Assembly: GCA_038087875.1 (NCBI GenBank)
Contig: JAXLNO010000269.1
Location: 124,001 to 175,447 of the forward strand
DNA: 51,447 nucleotides
Source of the DNA: Malacoraja senta
Lineage: Eukaryota
Reading direction: 5' to 3'
A model generated the notes under the pieces. It saw nothing but the letters and a program-made list of their open reading frames with translations, ran no database searches and was not told the origin of the DNA. Below, one piece after another: positions 1 through 13,322 of the stretch. A program made the position numbers and the translations under genes. Every line of letters starts with the position of its first letter. The stretch's first letter is position 1.

Positions 1-79
1 AATTCCAACTTGATTGAATTGGTGCAGGCTCGAAGGGCCGAATGGCCTACTCCTGCACCTATTTTCTATGTATCTATGT

Positions 80-153
80 GACGCAACGGGTCAGGTAGCA
101 TCTCTGGAGAAAAGGAATAGGTGACGCTTCGGGTCAAAACCCTTCTTCAGACT
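80..153 (-). repeat. Penelope-derived terminal repeat (one of many; others near 9705, 14730, 24990, 25720, 41670, 42655, 43790, 45600, 46940)
   Basis: Shared consensus cagtctgaagaagggtctcgacccgaaacgtcacc...ctccagagatgctgcc...gctgagttactccagc. Confidence 0.8.
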
Positions 154-854
154 TGTAGTTCTTGCAAAACTGTGTCAAGCACCGTCCTCAGTCCAGGAAA
201 CCCTGATTGTATATGCTCTCACATATTATGCTCAGGTGAATTGCACGACATGGTTCATATGTTGTTGCAGCAGACAAATTTCTCTCATCATCCACCATCT
301 GTTTTGCTAGATTTCTCCTCCAGCAGTAGGTCGATGTTCTTTGGTGGGCAAGTCTCAGGTGAGTTAGGGTTGTTCGAGACACTACAGGATTGGAGCCAAA
401 TAATCATCCCCTTTCTCTCTTGTATCCTTTCTCTAACAGTTAGAATGTTGATATCAATTGTACCTTAAATATTTCAGTAAAATCTGGGTTGGATTTGTAC
501 GGTTGCTCTAGTTGCATGTGAACAAATGATTATCAACAGTATGACTGCCAACTAGGAATCTTGTCTAGGATCCAAAAGAATATTGGAATTGTTGATGTAA
601 AAACGTATTTGTCCAGATAGTTTCTCGCAGCCAAAGAGTTGTGTGACAATAATAACTGATCTAATTAATCTCCAAATTAGTCTTATAAGAGGTACAATGG
701 AAAATCCAGTACTGAAGAAATCTATACAGTCACAAGGAAAGCATGGTAACTCCACACAGATAGCACCGGATGCCTGGATCGAACTTTGGTCGCTAGATGC
801 TTATTGTTTAAATATTGTTCTGGTGATTGTACCGCTCTTGACAATGATTGGTTA

Positions 855-1133
855 AAGTTAGAGTTTAGAGATACAGCATGGAAACAGACCCTTCGGCCCA
901 CCAAGACCACACTGGCCATCGATCACCCGTACACTAGATCTGTGCTATCCCAGTTTTGCATGCTTCACTCTAGGGCAATTTCCAGTTCTATAGAACCAGA
1001 GCACCCAGAGAAAAGCCACGTGATCACAGGAAGAACGTGCAAGCGATGCACAGACAGCACCCATAGTCAGGGTCGAACTCGGGTCTCTGGTGTTGTGAGG
1101 TAGCAGCTCTACTACTGCGCCACTGTACCGCCC
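855..1133 (-). mobile_element. tRNA-derived V-SINE (HE1-like)
   Basis: GGGCGGTACAGTGGCGCAG head, B-box GTTCGA, V-domain-like body, CR1-derived tail. Confidence 0.85.
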
Positions 1134-1239
1134 TGAAAGATGATGTACAATTATTCATACTGATGACGTGCCAAGGGTTATATGTTCTTTTAATCTCTGA
1201 AAGCAACGACGGTCCAGACATCGTGGTTGATACTGGAGC

Positions 1240-1560
1240 AGCATCTCCAACCCTGGGACAATTTAAATCTCACTGTAACAACTGGAGAATTTGAATTATA
1301 GTAATTAAATAAATGCACAACCAGAAGTCAGCATCAGCTGTAGCAGCACCAAGAAGCTACCAGATTGTTGTAAAAGCCCATATGGTGCACTGATGTCCTA
1401 CAGCGAAGGAAACCAGCCATCTTTATCTGGTCTGACCTTTCGGTGACACTAAACCAAACACATATGTCCAATTCAAAACTGTTGCTTAAAAAGGCCTAGA
1501 GGGGAATGGCGATGGACAATAAATGTCTGTCTTGATACCACATAGCAATGAATAAATAAG
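1240..1560 (+). mobile_element. Old SINE remnant (SacSINE1/Deu-like); tail related to LINE end at ~25850-26105
   Basis: cagattgttgtaaaagccca...cactgatgtcc...gaaggaaacc body; ggacaataaatg tail resembles gggcaattaaatgctgg at ~26051. Confidence 0.45.
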
Positions 1561-2424
1561 AGCTTAACCTTATGGAAATTAGACAGGCCAAGGCAATTTA
1601 ACAAGTGCAGATGTTGTTTGTTTCCTAGTTTCAGAAACATTCTGACCCACTACTCCCTCTCAGTAAATCAAGACCACAAACAGGATTAGATACATTGGTT
1701 TACTGTGCATTGCCACCATTTATTTAGGAGTCTGACTTGATTCAATTCCATTCACTTGAACATGGATACACTCAATTCCCTTGTTTCGATGGACAATAGA
1801 GGGTTTATAACTAAATAGTATACAGAATATATTGTTGAATGATTGTGTTAAAATTACATCTTTAGATCCAAAAACCACAGAATTTAAACCTCCCAGATTG
1901 AAGGATTGCATTTAGATCACTAGAATTCTTGGCTTGAATCTGGAATGCATTTATCTATACTTACACAGTCACATTGGTCTTTATCTACTTTCCAAGTGGC
2001 CAAGGAGTACACGCAGTGCCTTTAGCTTACTGAGATTTTACTCATCATTTCCAAGCAGAGTCATCTCTATACCAGCCAGCAGGAAAGCAACGGTATTCTT
2101 GTAAAAACCCAGAAAAAAATGACTGTCCCCCCATATGCCAAATATTAAAAGCACCACTTTCGTAAACATGAACCCTACAAGATCATTGTAGAAACACCAC
2201 ATCATACAACCTTCTGTTGTGGTTTGGCAAGACTGTGTACTCAGCATTTTGTTCTAATATTTAAATTAAATGCAAAGGAAGCAGAGTCCTTCTACTCATC
2301 AATACCCATCTATGCAGAGTCAGCTATGTTCAGCCAGCTAGCCGATGACAGGGCTGTCCTTTAGAGCCACACTGTCCAATGTTGTTCTCAGTGCACGTGA
2401 GGCTAAATTTTGAACGGTTAGCAT

Positions 2425-2935
2425 GGAAGGATAAAAAACAAACTGCTGTAGGAACTCAGCAAGTCTGGCAGCATCGGTTGACCAAGGATCTGTGAACAGC
2501 ATCTAGAGGGGAGAGAGCCAGTATATAGAGTGAGGGGGAGGGGTAGGATAAGGGATAGCGAGCAATAGATCAATACAGGTGAGGAAGGAATGAATATCAG
2601 ATGTGGGAAGGGATGGGTGAAGACAGCAGCCAATGCTGGGAAGGGATGAAGACAATGGGCTGGAGATTTGTGAACCTGATAAGGAAGAGAGAAATCAAAT
2701 AATGGAGGGATGGTGGGCAGATAGGAACACTGGGATAGGGGAACCCAACTGGAGGAGTGTGCGGGTGATGGGCAAAAAGGAGGGGTGGGGGGGGGGAGGA
2801 GTGGTAGAGAGAAGATGGTGGATAGATCAGGAGAGAGAGGGATTGAGGAGCAGTTGCCAGAACTTGGAAAATACAACTTTCAGGTCATTGGGTTGTAGAA
2901 TGATCAGGTGGAATACGAGGCACTGTGTGCTAGAT
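2425..2935 (-). mobile_element. Decayed Penelope-like 3' region
   Basis: ORF-end-like sequence at ~2860-2925, long purine-rich tract, ggaactcagcaagtctggcagcatc repeat end. Confidence 0.55.
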
Positions 2936-2971
2936 CTGAAACTTCATCTATAAATACTCTTTCCCACAACT

Positions 2972-3285
2972 GGGTGGCACAGAGGTAGAGCAGCCACCTC
3001 ACAGCGACAGACCTGGGTTCAAACCTGACTAAGGGTGCAGTCTTTGTGGAGTTTAGTACATTCTCCCTGTGACCGTGTGGGTTTTCTCCGGGTGCTCCGA
3101 TTTCCTCCCACGTTCCAAAGACATACAGGTCTGTTCGTTCATTGGCTTCTGTAAATTGTTCCTAATGTGTAAGATACAAAACTGGATAACATAGAACTAG
3201 TGTGCAGGGGACCGATGGCTGGTGTGGACTTGGTGAGCCAAAGGGCCTTTTCCCACACTGTCTCTCTAAATTCTAAAAACTCTAA
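2972..3285 (+). mobile_element. tRNA-derived V-SINE (HE1-like)
   Basis: GGTTCAAACC B-box; tgtggagttt..ttctccctgtgaccgtgtgggttttctccgggtgctcc..tttcctccca V-domain; CR1-like tail. Confidence 0.85.
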
Positions 3286-3374
3286 ACTGACCAACGGCTA
3301 AGCTGGTGCTTTAAGGATGGTGGTGAATTTCATCATCAATGTCTCTGCCTTCACCGAGAAATGGCTCTCAAGAT

Positions 3375-4305
3375 TAGATTTAGGTTTATTATTGTCCTGG
3401 GTACCAAGATAGAATCAAAGCTTTGTTTTGCATCCTATCAAATCAAAACAGAGAATACTATACATAAATACAATCAAACCAAACTCACATACAATGAATA
3501 GAGCCAAACAAAAGGTAGAGTGCAGAATATAGTTCTCAGTATTGTAGCACAGATGAATTGGATAGTACCCTAATTTCTTAAGAACCATTCAGAAGGCTGC
3601 TAACGGTGGGGGGGGGGGGGGGGGGGGGGGGAGAAGCTGTTCCTGAGTCTGGTGGTGCCCACTTTTAAATTTCTGTATCTTCTGCCTGACAGGACGGGGA
3701 GGATGAATGGATGGGAAAGGTCTTTGATTATGTTGGCTGCTTTTCCAGAGCAGTGTGAAGTGTAAATGGAGTCAATGGTGGGGAGTCAGGTCTGTGTGAT
3801 AGACTCGTCTACATCGACAACTCTGCAATTTCTTGCTGTCTTGGGCAGAGCTGTTCTCAAACCAAGCTGCAATGCAACTCGACAGAATGCTTTCAATGGT
3901 TCATCTGTAGAAGATTGTAAGAGTCATGGGAGCCATGCCGAATTTCCTTAGTCGCTTCAAGATGTAGAGACATTGGTGTGCTTTCTTGGCTGTCATTTCA
4001 ATGTGGTTGGTCCACAACAGATCATTGGTAATATTAACACAAAAGAACTTGAAGCTCTCAACCATTTCCACTTTGACACCATTGATGCTGATTGGGATGC
4101 GCTTACATTTTATACACCTATGTGCTTCCTGAAGTCACATTTCCTGAAGCCGTTAACTAGCTCTTTCAACTTGCTGACATTGAGGGAGAGATTGTTGCCC
4201 TGCCATCTTATCTATTAAATTCTATCTTTTTCCTGGACTCCATCTCACTCGCCATTGTTCATGATCCGGCCCACCACAGTGGTGTCATCTGCAAACTTGT
4301 AGAGT
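3375..4305 (-). mobile_element. Decayed Rex1/Babar-type LINE 3' part
   Basis: Reverse strand aagtttgcagatgacaccactgtggtgggc (KFADDTTVVG) at ~4268-4298; family-type 3' tail near 3375-3430. Confidence 0.75.
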
Positions 4306-4329
4306 TAGACCCACACAGGGTTACAGCAT

Positions 4330-5450
4330 TAAGGTAGTCAAATTCCAGGGCCTGATGGGATCTAAACTAAGTTTTGAGAGCAACAAGAGAGGAGATTGCA
4401 AGAATCTTAATAACGCTCTTTGTACCCCCTCGAGTCACATGCGAGGTCCTGAAGGGCTAGAGTGCAGCAAATATTGTTCATTTGTCTAAGTAGAGATAAT
4501 CCAGCAAATTATGGGCCAGTGAGCCTCACATCAGGTTAGGGAAGCTACAGGAGAGGATTCTTTGGGCTAAGATTTACCTGTATTTGGAGGAGAATGTGTC
4601 AATTTGGGAGAGTCAGCATGGCTTTGTTCGCAGCAGGTCATGTCTTACAAACCTGATTGAGTATTTTTAGTAGGTTACGATGGTGCAGTGGATGTTGTCT
4701 ACATGGATTTAAATAAGGCACTTGATAAAGCTCCTAATGGTTGGCTGAGCCAGAATATTAAGATACATAGGATCCTCAGTGACTTGGTCGTTTGGTTTCA
4801 GAACGAGTTTACTCATAGACAACAGTGCTGTGGTGGAAGGGTGTTATGCCAGCTGGTGGTCCATGACCAGTGTGTTGCACAGAGATCTGTGTTGGGACAT
4901 CTGTTTGCAATAAATATAAAGCACTTAGAAGAAAATGTAGATGGTGGCTAGCAAGTTTGCAGATGTCAAATAGCATGGTGCAGACAATTTACAGAAGTGG
5001 GCAGAGAAAGGCATTCTACCTGAGCTAGTGCTTGGTATTTTCACTTTGGAAGGTTGAATGTAAGGTGAAAGTATACAATTAATGACATGACCCTTAACAA
5101 CATTGATGTACAGAAAGCATATGGCATGCTTGCCTTTGATCAGGGCACTGTGTAGAGTTACAAATCTCTGGTTAGGCCATATTTGGAAAGTTGTGTGCAG
5201 TTCTAGGCATCCTGTTACAGAAAGGGTCAAACCCAGAGACACACAAGTTGCTGCCCAGATTGGTGGTGCAGCCAGATGCGATAGTGCTGTTTAAATGGCA
5301 TTTAGAGAGACACTTGAATATGTAGGGAATGGAGGCATACTGATCACATGCAGGCAGACAATATTAATTTAAATTGGCATCATGTTTGCCACAAACACTG
5401 TGGGGCAGAGGGCATGCTCCTTCCTGTGCTGTACTGTTCTATGTTTTACA
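4330..5450 (+). mobile_element. Decayed CR1 fragment
   Basis: cagcatggctttgt...tcatgtcttacaaacctgattgag, VDVVYMDLNKALDK, CR1-type 3' tail. Confidence 0.8.
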
Positions 5451-6956
5451 TTGTTATGTTAAGTTACACAGCTGCTAAAAGTTTCATATTGTTGTTTTGT
5501 ATCTGCACACAAAGATACTAATTACTGAAAGCTATGCGTTAAGATCTTTGAAAAAAAGCATCAATGGCGCTCACAAACAATTGGATTTGTCATTCTTTGT
5601 ATTGATGTGCACTAACTGATAAATGTCAAGGTTTATTTAAAAGGGCTTCTGGAGATTCAACCTTTTGTCACATTAATGGGGAATGTTGCAATAAATGTTG
5701 AAATTTAATTATTGAATGATTGAAATTGCCTCAAGCTCCAGTTATAGATGACTTCGCTTTTTGAGTTTATAGTCCAAAGAAACAAGACACAATGCAATAA
5801 TTTGACTGCATTTATACTTCAATTTTATAAGGGCTTTTTACAAGACCATAAACTAGTGACACTTTATAGCTTTGGCATTAGGTTCCATTAGATCGGAATT
5901 TAGCAAATAGCCAATGCAACTCCTTCTGTCAAAAATAGAGAAAGAGAAAGTAGGGAACTATAGATGTGTCACAAGGGAAACATTTAAACTCTTATGGCAG
6001 ATACTTAGGATAAACAAATTGAGACAATCAGACAAAGAAAATGTGGTATTGTGGAAGACAAATCATTTTTGACCAGCTTATTGGAATTCATAGAAGAAAC
6101 AACTGTTGATTGATAGGAACCTGCTTTTGTAAAAGGTTCTGCAAAAATTATTAGAACAGTACAGCACAGAAACAGCTCTTTGGCACCTGATGCATATGCC
6201 AAACACGATGCCAAATTAAATTAATCCCTTCTGCCTGCACATAATCCATATCCATCTATTCCCTACATCTTCATGTATCTATCTAAAAGCTTATTACACA
6301 AATCTATTATAGCTGCTTTCACACCATCCCTGGCATCCCGTGTCTCTAGTATTTGGAAAAAAGATATTGGCTTTCTACCCTAGCTATGTCTCTCATAATT
6401 TTTATAAGCTTCTGTGGAAAGTAAACAAGGGGAAGAGTGGACAGAAGATTGGCTAACCAACAGAAGCCAGACAATATCATAAAGCGTTTCTTTTGGGGTG
6501 ACAAAATGTGGTGTGCCTCAATGTTCTTTTGCAATCTGTTTAAATAGTTTGGATGAAGGAATTAAAAGCAGGGTTATTACATTTGCTGAAGAAACAAACA
6601 TGGGCACAAGAAAATTGTGAAGAGAAGATGAAGTTACATAAGAGATAAAGGTTTAGTGAGTGGGTAAAGTTTTGGTAAAGGGAGTATCATCTGGGAAAGT
6701 ACAATATTGTCCATTTTGGCAGGAAAAATAACAGCATACATTCCTGACTAAGGCAATTTAGACACTCAAGGTTTTTAAACAGCCACTGAAACTAGGATCT
6801 AATTTTTACTATTTAGATGTTTGTTGGCACTGAGCACTATTTCATGAAATAGTGCATCAAAGCAACAATTCCATTCAGTAACAGAATGCAATATTGTGCA
6901 GCTGAATGAACAAAAAGCACAAAAGTTAAATTTGTGCCTTTGACCTAATAATAATA

Positions 6957-9397
6957 TCTAACAATATGAGACGTCTACTCAACATAATGCACTCACACAA
7001 ATCTGAAGATCAAGAATTATCAATTATTTCGCTGGATGCTGAAAAAGCATTTGATCAAGTAGAATGGAATTATATGGACAAAGTATTACAAAAAATTCAA
7101 CTGGGGGAGAATTTTATTCTATGGATCAAGTTACTATATAACAAACCTACAGCTAGAATACTAACTAATAACATATTATCCTCGAAATTCCAACTATCAA
7201 GGGGAAATAGACAAGGATGCTCATTATCACCACAACTGTTTGCTCTCATTATTGAACCGCTAGCAGAAAAAATTAGAATACACCCTGATATCTATGGATA
7301 TAATACTAAAGATTCATATAATAAAATATCTTTATACGCGGATGATATATACTGTACATTACAAAACCTCAAATCACTATACCAAATATATTAAATTTAA
7401 TTGAAGATTTTGGATCTTTTTCTGGATATAGAATAAATTGGAATAAAAGTGAAATTTAGTCAATAAAACCGAAAGATTCAACACATCTTTTAAAATTCCC
7501 TTTTAAAATAGCTACAGAAAAATTTAAATATTTGGGAATCGAAATTACCAGATCATATCAAGGTATGTTTAGGGCAAATTTTGACCCCTTACTTAATAAA
7601 TTAAACACACTAATTAAATTCTGGAAAATGCTCCCGATGTCTTTAATAGGCCGAATAAACGCAATAAAAATGATCTTTTTACCACAAATTTTATACCTAT
7701 TTCAATCAATTCCTATATACTTACCAAAGAAGTTTTTTTAAAAACTCGTCTCAGATATCACTAATTTTATATGGGACTATAAATCACATAGAATACAAAA
7801 AACTCATCTGAATAAACCTAAAGTATTAGGGGGTTTAGCACTACCTAATTTTATGTATTATTATTGGTCAGTAAATATTAAAAATATGATTCAACTGATG
7901 GATAACTCCGCCCAGCAAGCGGACTGGATTGTAATGGAGAAAGAGGATTGCTCCTCTAGAAACATTGGAGCGATCCTCCTCTCTCCAATGAAATTGAATA
8001 ACATAAATTATAATAAGAACCCAATTATTCATAGTACAATCCGAATTTGGAAACAAATAAAACAAAATTTAAAATTAAGAAATGTATCACTTTTATTACC
8101 TATAGTCAATAACCCTTCGTTTAATCCTTCTATTATAGATAAAGCTTATACACAATGGGATAGATTAGGAATTAAAACGCTTGGTGACTTGTATGAAACT
8201 GGAAAATTACTTTCATTTCAACAATTACAAATAAAATATAAACTCGGAAATAATCAATATTTTAAATATTTTCAAATATGCGACTATTTGAAAAAATATA
8301 CAAAAGATCATCATAATAACCCAGCAGATGTACTGGACGAGGCAATGCAGATAAAAGCGGAATCAGCAAACTTAATATCATATTTGTATAATATTATCTT
8401 AAATGCACAAATACCATCTACGGAGGGTATCAAAAGAGACTGGGAACAAGAGTTAGCTATTAAAATTTCAAAGGAAAGTTGGAATGAATACTTATTAAAC
8501 GTGCATAAATGCTCGATTAATGTAAGACACACTTTAATACAATTTAAAATTTTACATAGATTATATTATTCGAAAACTAAAATTCATAAAATTTTCCCAA
8601 ATGTATCATCTATTTGTGATAAATGTCAATCCCAAGAAGCTACCATAACGCACTCATTCGTTTCTTGTACAAAAATTCAAAAATTTTGGAATGAAATTTT
8701 TGAAATCTTTACAAAGTTATTTAAAACAAGACTGATACCCAAAGCAGAATGGATTATCTTCGGTATAACGGAAGATGGTCCAGAACTAAATGTGTTTCAA
8801 AAGAAACTAATGGACTATGGGTTAATAACTGGAAAAAAGCTAATTCTAAAATGTTGGAAGAAGGCTCCAATACCAACTATAAATATGTGGATTTCAAATA
8901 TGTTTGAAACATTACACCTAGAAGAGATAAGACTCCTCCTAGCAGGTAAACCAGATCACTTCCACCTGACATGGTCTGCATTTATAGAATTATTACAAAC
9001 ATAGGGTGCAAAAGTACTTAAAAAAAAAAAAATTGAGGTCAGGTAAGGGGGGATGATAGTTGAAGAGTTGGTATGTCCCATTTACGTAATGCTCATAAAA
9101 ATATTTGTTTCTCTCTTTTTCCTCTTTCTCTCTTTCTTTCTTTCCTAGGGTCTATTTCTTAACTCTTTTTCTTTTGTTTTTAATTTTGCTCTTATAGGGT
9201 CTTCGTCCTTTTTTGTTGTCACATTTCCTACACTTTCACTTTTTCCTTCACTTTCTTCTTTCTCTCAATCTTTTCCTTTTCTAGTGTAAAAAATAAATGG
9301 AGTACATTAATTGTAAGAAGATATAAATGACAAATACTAATGTATGTGGTTGTAATGTAATGTACTTCTAATAAAATACAAATAAAAAAAAAAAAAA
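6957..9397 (+). mobile_element. 5'-truncated L1-clade LINE (RT, C-terminal CCHC, 3' UTR, polyA)
   Basis: SLDAEKAFD, RGNRQGCSLSP, LYADD, CDKC...H...C motifs; few disruptions; AATAAA + polyA; TSD GACCTAATAATAATA at 6942-6956 and 9398-9412. Confidence 0.95.
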
Positions 9398-10493
9398 GAC
9401 CTAATAATAATAATCCCTAAAATAAAATAGAAAGCAGAGATGTGGCATCTCCTTGCACTTGATTCCTGCTATACCTCTGAGCAAATTAATGTTGGCCAAT
9501 TGCCCCATTTCTTCAGCTGTTCCCCAGAAGAGATATTCTCTTTTCTTGCTATCCCTTTTCTCTCATCTGCCTACTGGGAGAAAATGAAGTAGCTTGAAAG
9601 CATGGATGTCCGGACACAAATAGTCTACATTGTCAATCTTCGTTCCCTTTGATCTCTCGTTTTCACACCTTACCCTTCCACATCTCCTTTCCCTCTCTCC
9701 TGACTCAGTCTGAAAAGGTGTCTCGACCCAAAAGGTCACCCATTCCTTCTACCCAGAGATGCTGCCTCTCCATGCTAACAGACTATTGAGCCACAGCTCT
9801 TTCAGAGATGCAGCCACATACTCTTACCTCATTCAGTTATTACAATACTGCACTTGAAAACATTTTGCACTACTTCGGATTGCACTACAATCTATGCACC
9901 AATCTGCTATATGCATTTGTTGTTGTATCTAGCATTACTGTTTTCTGAACTTCAAGCAAATAAGAAATTTAATTGCACCCTGCTGTATATGACAAACTAA
10001 TCTGAACTATACACACTATTGCTTAGTCCTAAGGAACAAATGGATATTTAAAATAGATTATAAATAAGGCTAGAAACTGATGCTATTTCCTGTGTCAGTT
10101 TTTGCCTCAACACCCTAGAGGACAAGCCATCAGGGTGCAATAGTGTTCATGGAAACAAAATCAACAGTTGTTATTGTGCTGAATCCATTGAAATGTCAGA
10201 ATTTCTGGCCAAAAATGAGCACCTGCTACTACAAATCAAAATGCCAAAAATACTCAGCAGATCAGGTAGCCTCTGTGGAGAAAAAAATAATATATTAAGT
10301 TTCACTCCAAATAATTTTGCTTTCAGACTCAACACTTTTTTCTGCCCTTGGACTTGTTCCGATATCTAGTTGGGTCCCATAAACATTAGATTTCATACAA
10401 AATTAAAATCAGATGCTAAGCTGTCGGGAAACAGCAAACCATTTATACTATCTTGAATGGATAGAGACAAAATGGTAATTTCAGATTTGAGGA

Positions 10494-11256
10494 AACGGTT
10501 GGGGGCGCTGCGAGTCAGCTGCCCTGCCAGCAGTATGTTGTTATTTCAACTTTTTTGTTTTTTTTAGTGTGTCCAAATGTTTGTTTTAATGTCTCTCGGT
10601 ATGTCTTATGTAGGGAGAGGTGGGGGGGGGGGGGGGGGGGAAAGGGGGATGTTGTTTCTCCGCCTCCCCTCTAACAGCTTGGATTGGAGCGGCCTTTCCC
10701 GGAGTCAGGCCCAGAGCTTCAGCAGCGGGTGCAGCGTGGACTTTTACATTGCGGAGTGGGGGCGAACCCTTGCCGGGGGTCGCCAGAGAGGAGTGCTCCG
10801 ATCGCTGGCCTGGTGACTTTGGCATCATGGGGCTGTGGTCTGCGGAGCTTCTAGCCGCGGGTATGGTGTGGACTTTCCATTGCAGAGTCTGGGATCCCTC
10901 GTTGCGGCCTATAACATCGTGAAGCCATGGTCTCCAGTAGGAAGTGGCCAATTCGGGACCTCCAAGTGCTCCGATCCCTGGCCTGGAGTTTCGAGCATCC
11001 CGACGAGAGGGCCTGTACATCTGGCCGTCCATAGCGGCGACAATGGAGAGTTCATGGCCCCGACCACCAGTGAACAAAGGAGGATTGACTGAACGTTATT
11101 GCCTTCCACCACAGTGAAGAATGTTGATTCCACTGTGGTGGATGTTCATGTTATATTCTATTGTGTATTGTGCTCTTTTTGATTGTGTGGCTGCATGGTA
11201 AATCAAATTCCACTGTACCTTAATTGGTGCATGTGGCAATAAATGTGAACTTGAAC
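10494..11256 (+). mobile_element. GC-rich non-autonomous retroposon with LINE-like tail
   Basis: CpG-rich body, ends caataaatgt(gaactt)n; possible TSD TTGAGGA at 10487-10493 and 11257-11263; no coding homology recognised. Confidence 0.6.
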
Positions 11257-11284
11257 TTGAGGATGTGAATCTAGGAAACTAAGC

Positions 11285-11760
11285 AAGACATTGCAGAGTT
11301 GTGGATGTAGTCCAGTCCATAGTTTAGACCAGACTCCCCAACATCGACTCCATCAACACTTCACACTGCCTCGGGAAAGCTGCCAACGTAATGAAAGGCC
11401 TTTTACGCCCCGGTCATGCCTTCTTCTCCCTTCTCCCATCGGGCAGAAGATACAAAAGCTTGAAAGCATGTACCACCAAACTCGGGAACAGCTACTTATC
11501 CTCTGTTATTAGACTACTGAACGGACCTCCCATTAGCTAGAGAGTAGGTCTGATCTTCCCACTGACTTCATTGTAGACATTGAAGTTTTCTCCAGCACTG
11601 TAACACTGTAAATGCTCTAAAATAATATTCTGCACTCTGGTATTATCCTCTTCATATTGTTTCACTCAGGTGTGCGGTTTGATTGTACTCGTGTATAGTA
11701 TGATCTAATTTAATTGGATAAAATGCAAACACAAATATAGTGATACAATGACAATAAAAA
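11285..11760 (+). mobile_element. Rex1/Babar-type 3' fragment (related pieces ~13375-13475, ~47330-47730)
   Basis: cactgcctcgggaaagc...ctcccatcgggcagaagatacaaaagcttgaaagcatgtaccacca family 3' region. Confidence 0.65.
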
Positions 11761-12269
11761 AACTATTAATCTATTGCAGAGAAATGGCAGGGTTCACATC
11801 CCAAAAGAGGTGCATCTACAATACTGTTTTACTTGAACAATGTTTACAAATATTCTTGGATCACATTGGAATAGGAGCTTATGGGCAACATGTTCTCAGA
11901 ACAGGTAAACATGATTCACCTCACATTTCAAATGATATAGAGCTGACGGTGTTTAGAAACCCACACATTTAAATATCAAAGATGAATTGTTTTCCTTTCG
12001 TTCTCCGGGTTTTGAAGAAATTAGTAAAGCCTCATTTATTACCCTTCCCTGGCTACATTGAGTAAATTGTAATGGAGCTTCTGCATTGCACTGGTTTCAG
12101 TTTTGTACTAATGAGTATTTCAATGGCAGTCAAAGAAAAATTCTAGGATTCTGGCTGACGATGAATGAATGATGAAATTTAAAAAAAGAACAGAAAATGA
12201 TACACTCAGCAGGTCTGGCAGCAACTGCAGAAAGAGAAACTGTTAAAATGTTGCATGGGGTTGGATGAT

Positions 12270-13322
12270 CTAGTGAGAGCTAGCCGACTAGTTAGAGAAT
12301 TGGCTTCATGGAAGGAAGCAGAGGGTGATGGTGGATGTGCGGACTGGAGGCCTGTGACTAATGGTGGGCCTCAGGGATCAGTGCTGGGCTCTTAGCTGTT
12401 TGTTGTTTATATCAACAATTTGGATGAGAATGTACAAGGCATGATTAGCAAGTTTGCAGATGATACAAAAGTGGGTGGCATTGTAAACAGAGAAGATGGT
12501 TATCAAAAATTGCAACAGGATCTTGATCAGTTGGGCAGGTGGGATGAGTAATGGTTAATGGAGTTTAATATAGATAAGTGAGAGGTGTTGCAGTTTAGGA
12601 AGCCAAACCAGGGCAGGATCTACATAGTGAATGGCAGGGCTCTGGAGAGTGTTGTAGAGGGATCTGTGAGTGCAGGCGCAGTTCCTTGAAAGCGGCAACA
12701 CAGGTAGAAAGGGTGGTCAAGGCAGTTCTCGGCACATTGGTCTTCATCAGTCACAGTATTGAGTATAGATGTTGGGAGGCTATGTTACAGTTGTCCAAGA
12801 CATTAGCGAGGCCACATTTGGAGTATTGCGTTCAGTTTTGGTCACCATGTTTCGGAAAGATGTTAAGCTGGAAGGGATGCAGAGAAGATTTACGAGGATG
12901 CTGCCAGGACTCGAGGGCCTGAGCTATAGGGAGAAGTTGAGCAGGCTAGGACTTTAGTCCTTGAAGCGCAGGAGGATGAGGGGTGAGCTTATAGAGGTGT
13001 ATAAAATCACGAGAGGAATAGATAGGGTAAATGCCCAGAGTCTTTTACCCAGATTAAGGCAATCAAGAATCATAGGTTTAAGGGAAGAAGGGAAAGATTT
13101 AATAGGAATCTAAGGGGCAACTTTTTCCACACAGAGGGTGATAGGTGTATGGAACGATAGGTAGTTGAGGCAGGTACTATCACAACATTTGAGACATTTG
13201 GACAGGTACATGGATAGGATAGGTTTAAAAGTATATGGAGCAAACGCAGGCAAGTGGGACTTAGTCTGTGTGGGCAGGTTGGGCCGAAAGTCCTGTTTCC
13301 ACGCTGTATTACTCTATGACTA
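12270..13322 (+). mobile_element. Decayed CR1 fragment
   Basis: PQGSVLG, KFADDTKVGG, ARPHLEYCVQFWSP, tail ctctatgactat. Confidence 0.85.

Noticed and set aside
121..468. 115-aa plus ORF, a possible 48-nt plus exon (311-358, cag|gtgagt) and an open minus-strand frame ending ...LLLEEKSSKTDGG*
   Set aside because: No recognisable homology and no partner exons found; the plus ORF starts inside a repeat.
3608..3631. Long G or C homopolymers (also ~10622, ~24029, ~41099) as G4 elements
   Set aside because: Simple runs, mostly within repeats, with lengths unreliable in assemblies.
10577..11133. Cluster of overlapping ORFs on both strands
   Set aside because: Explained by high GC content of a repeat; no protein motif recognised.
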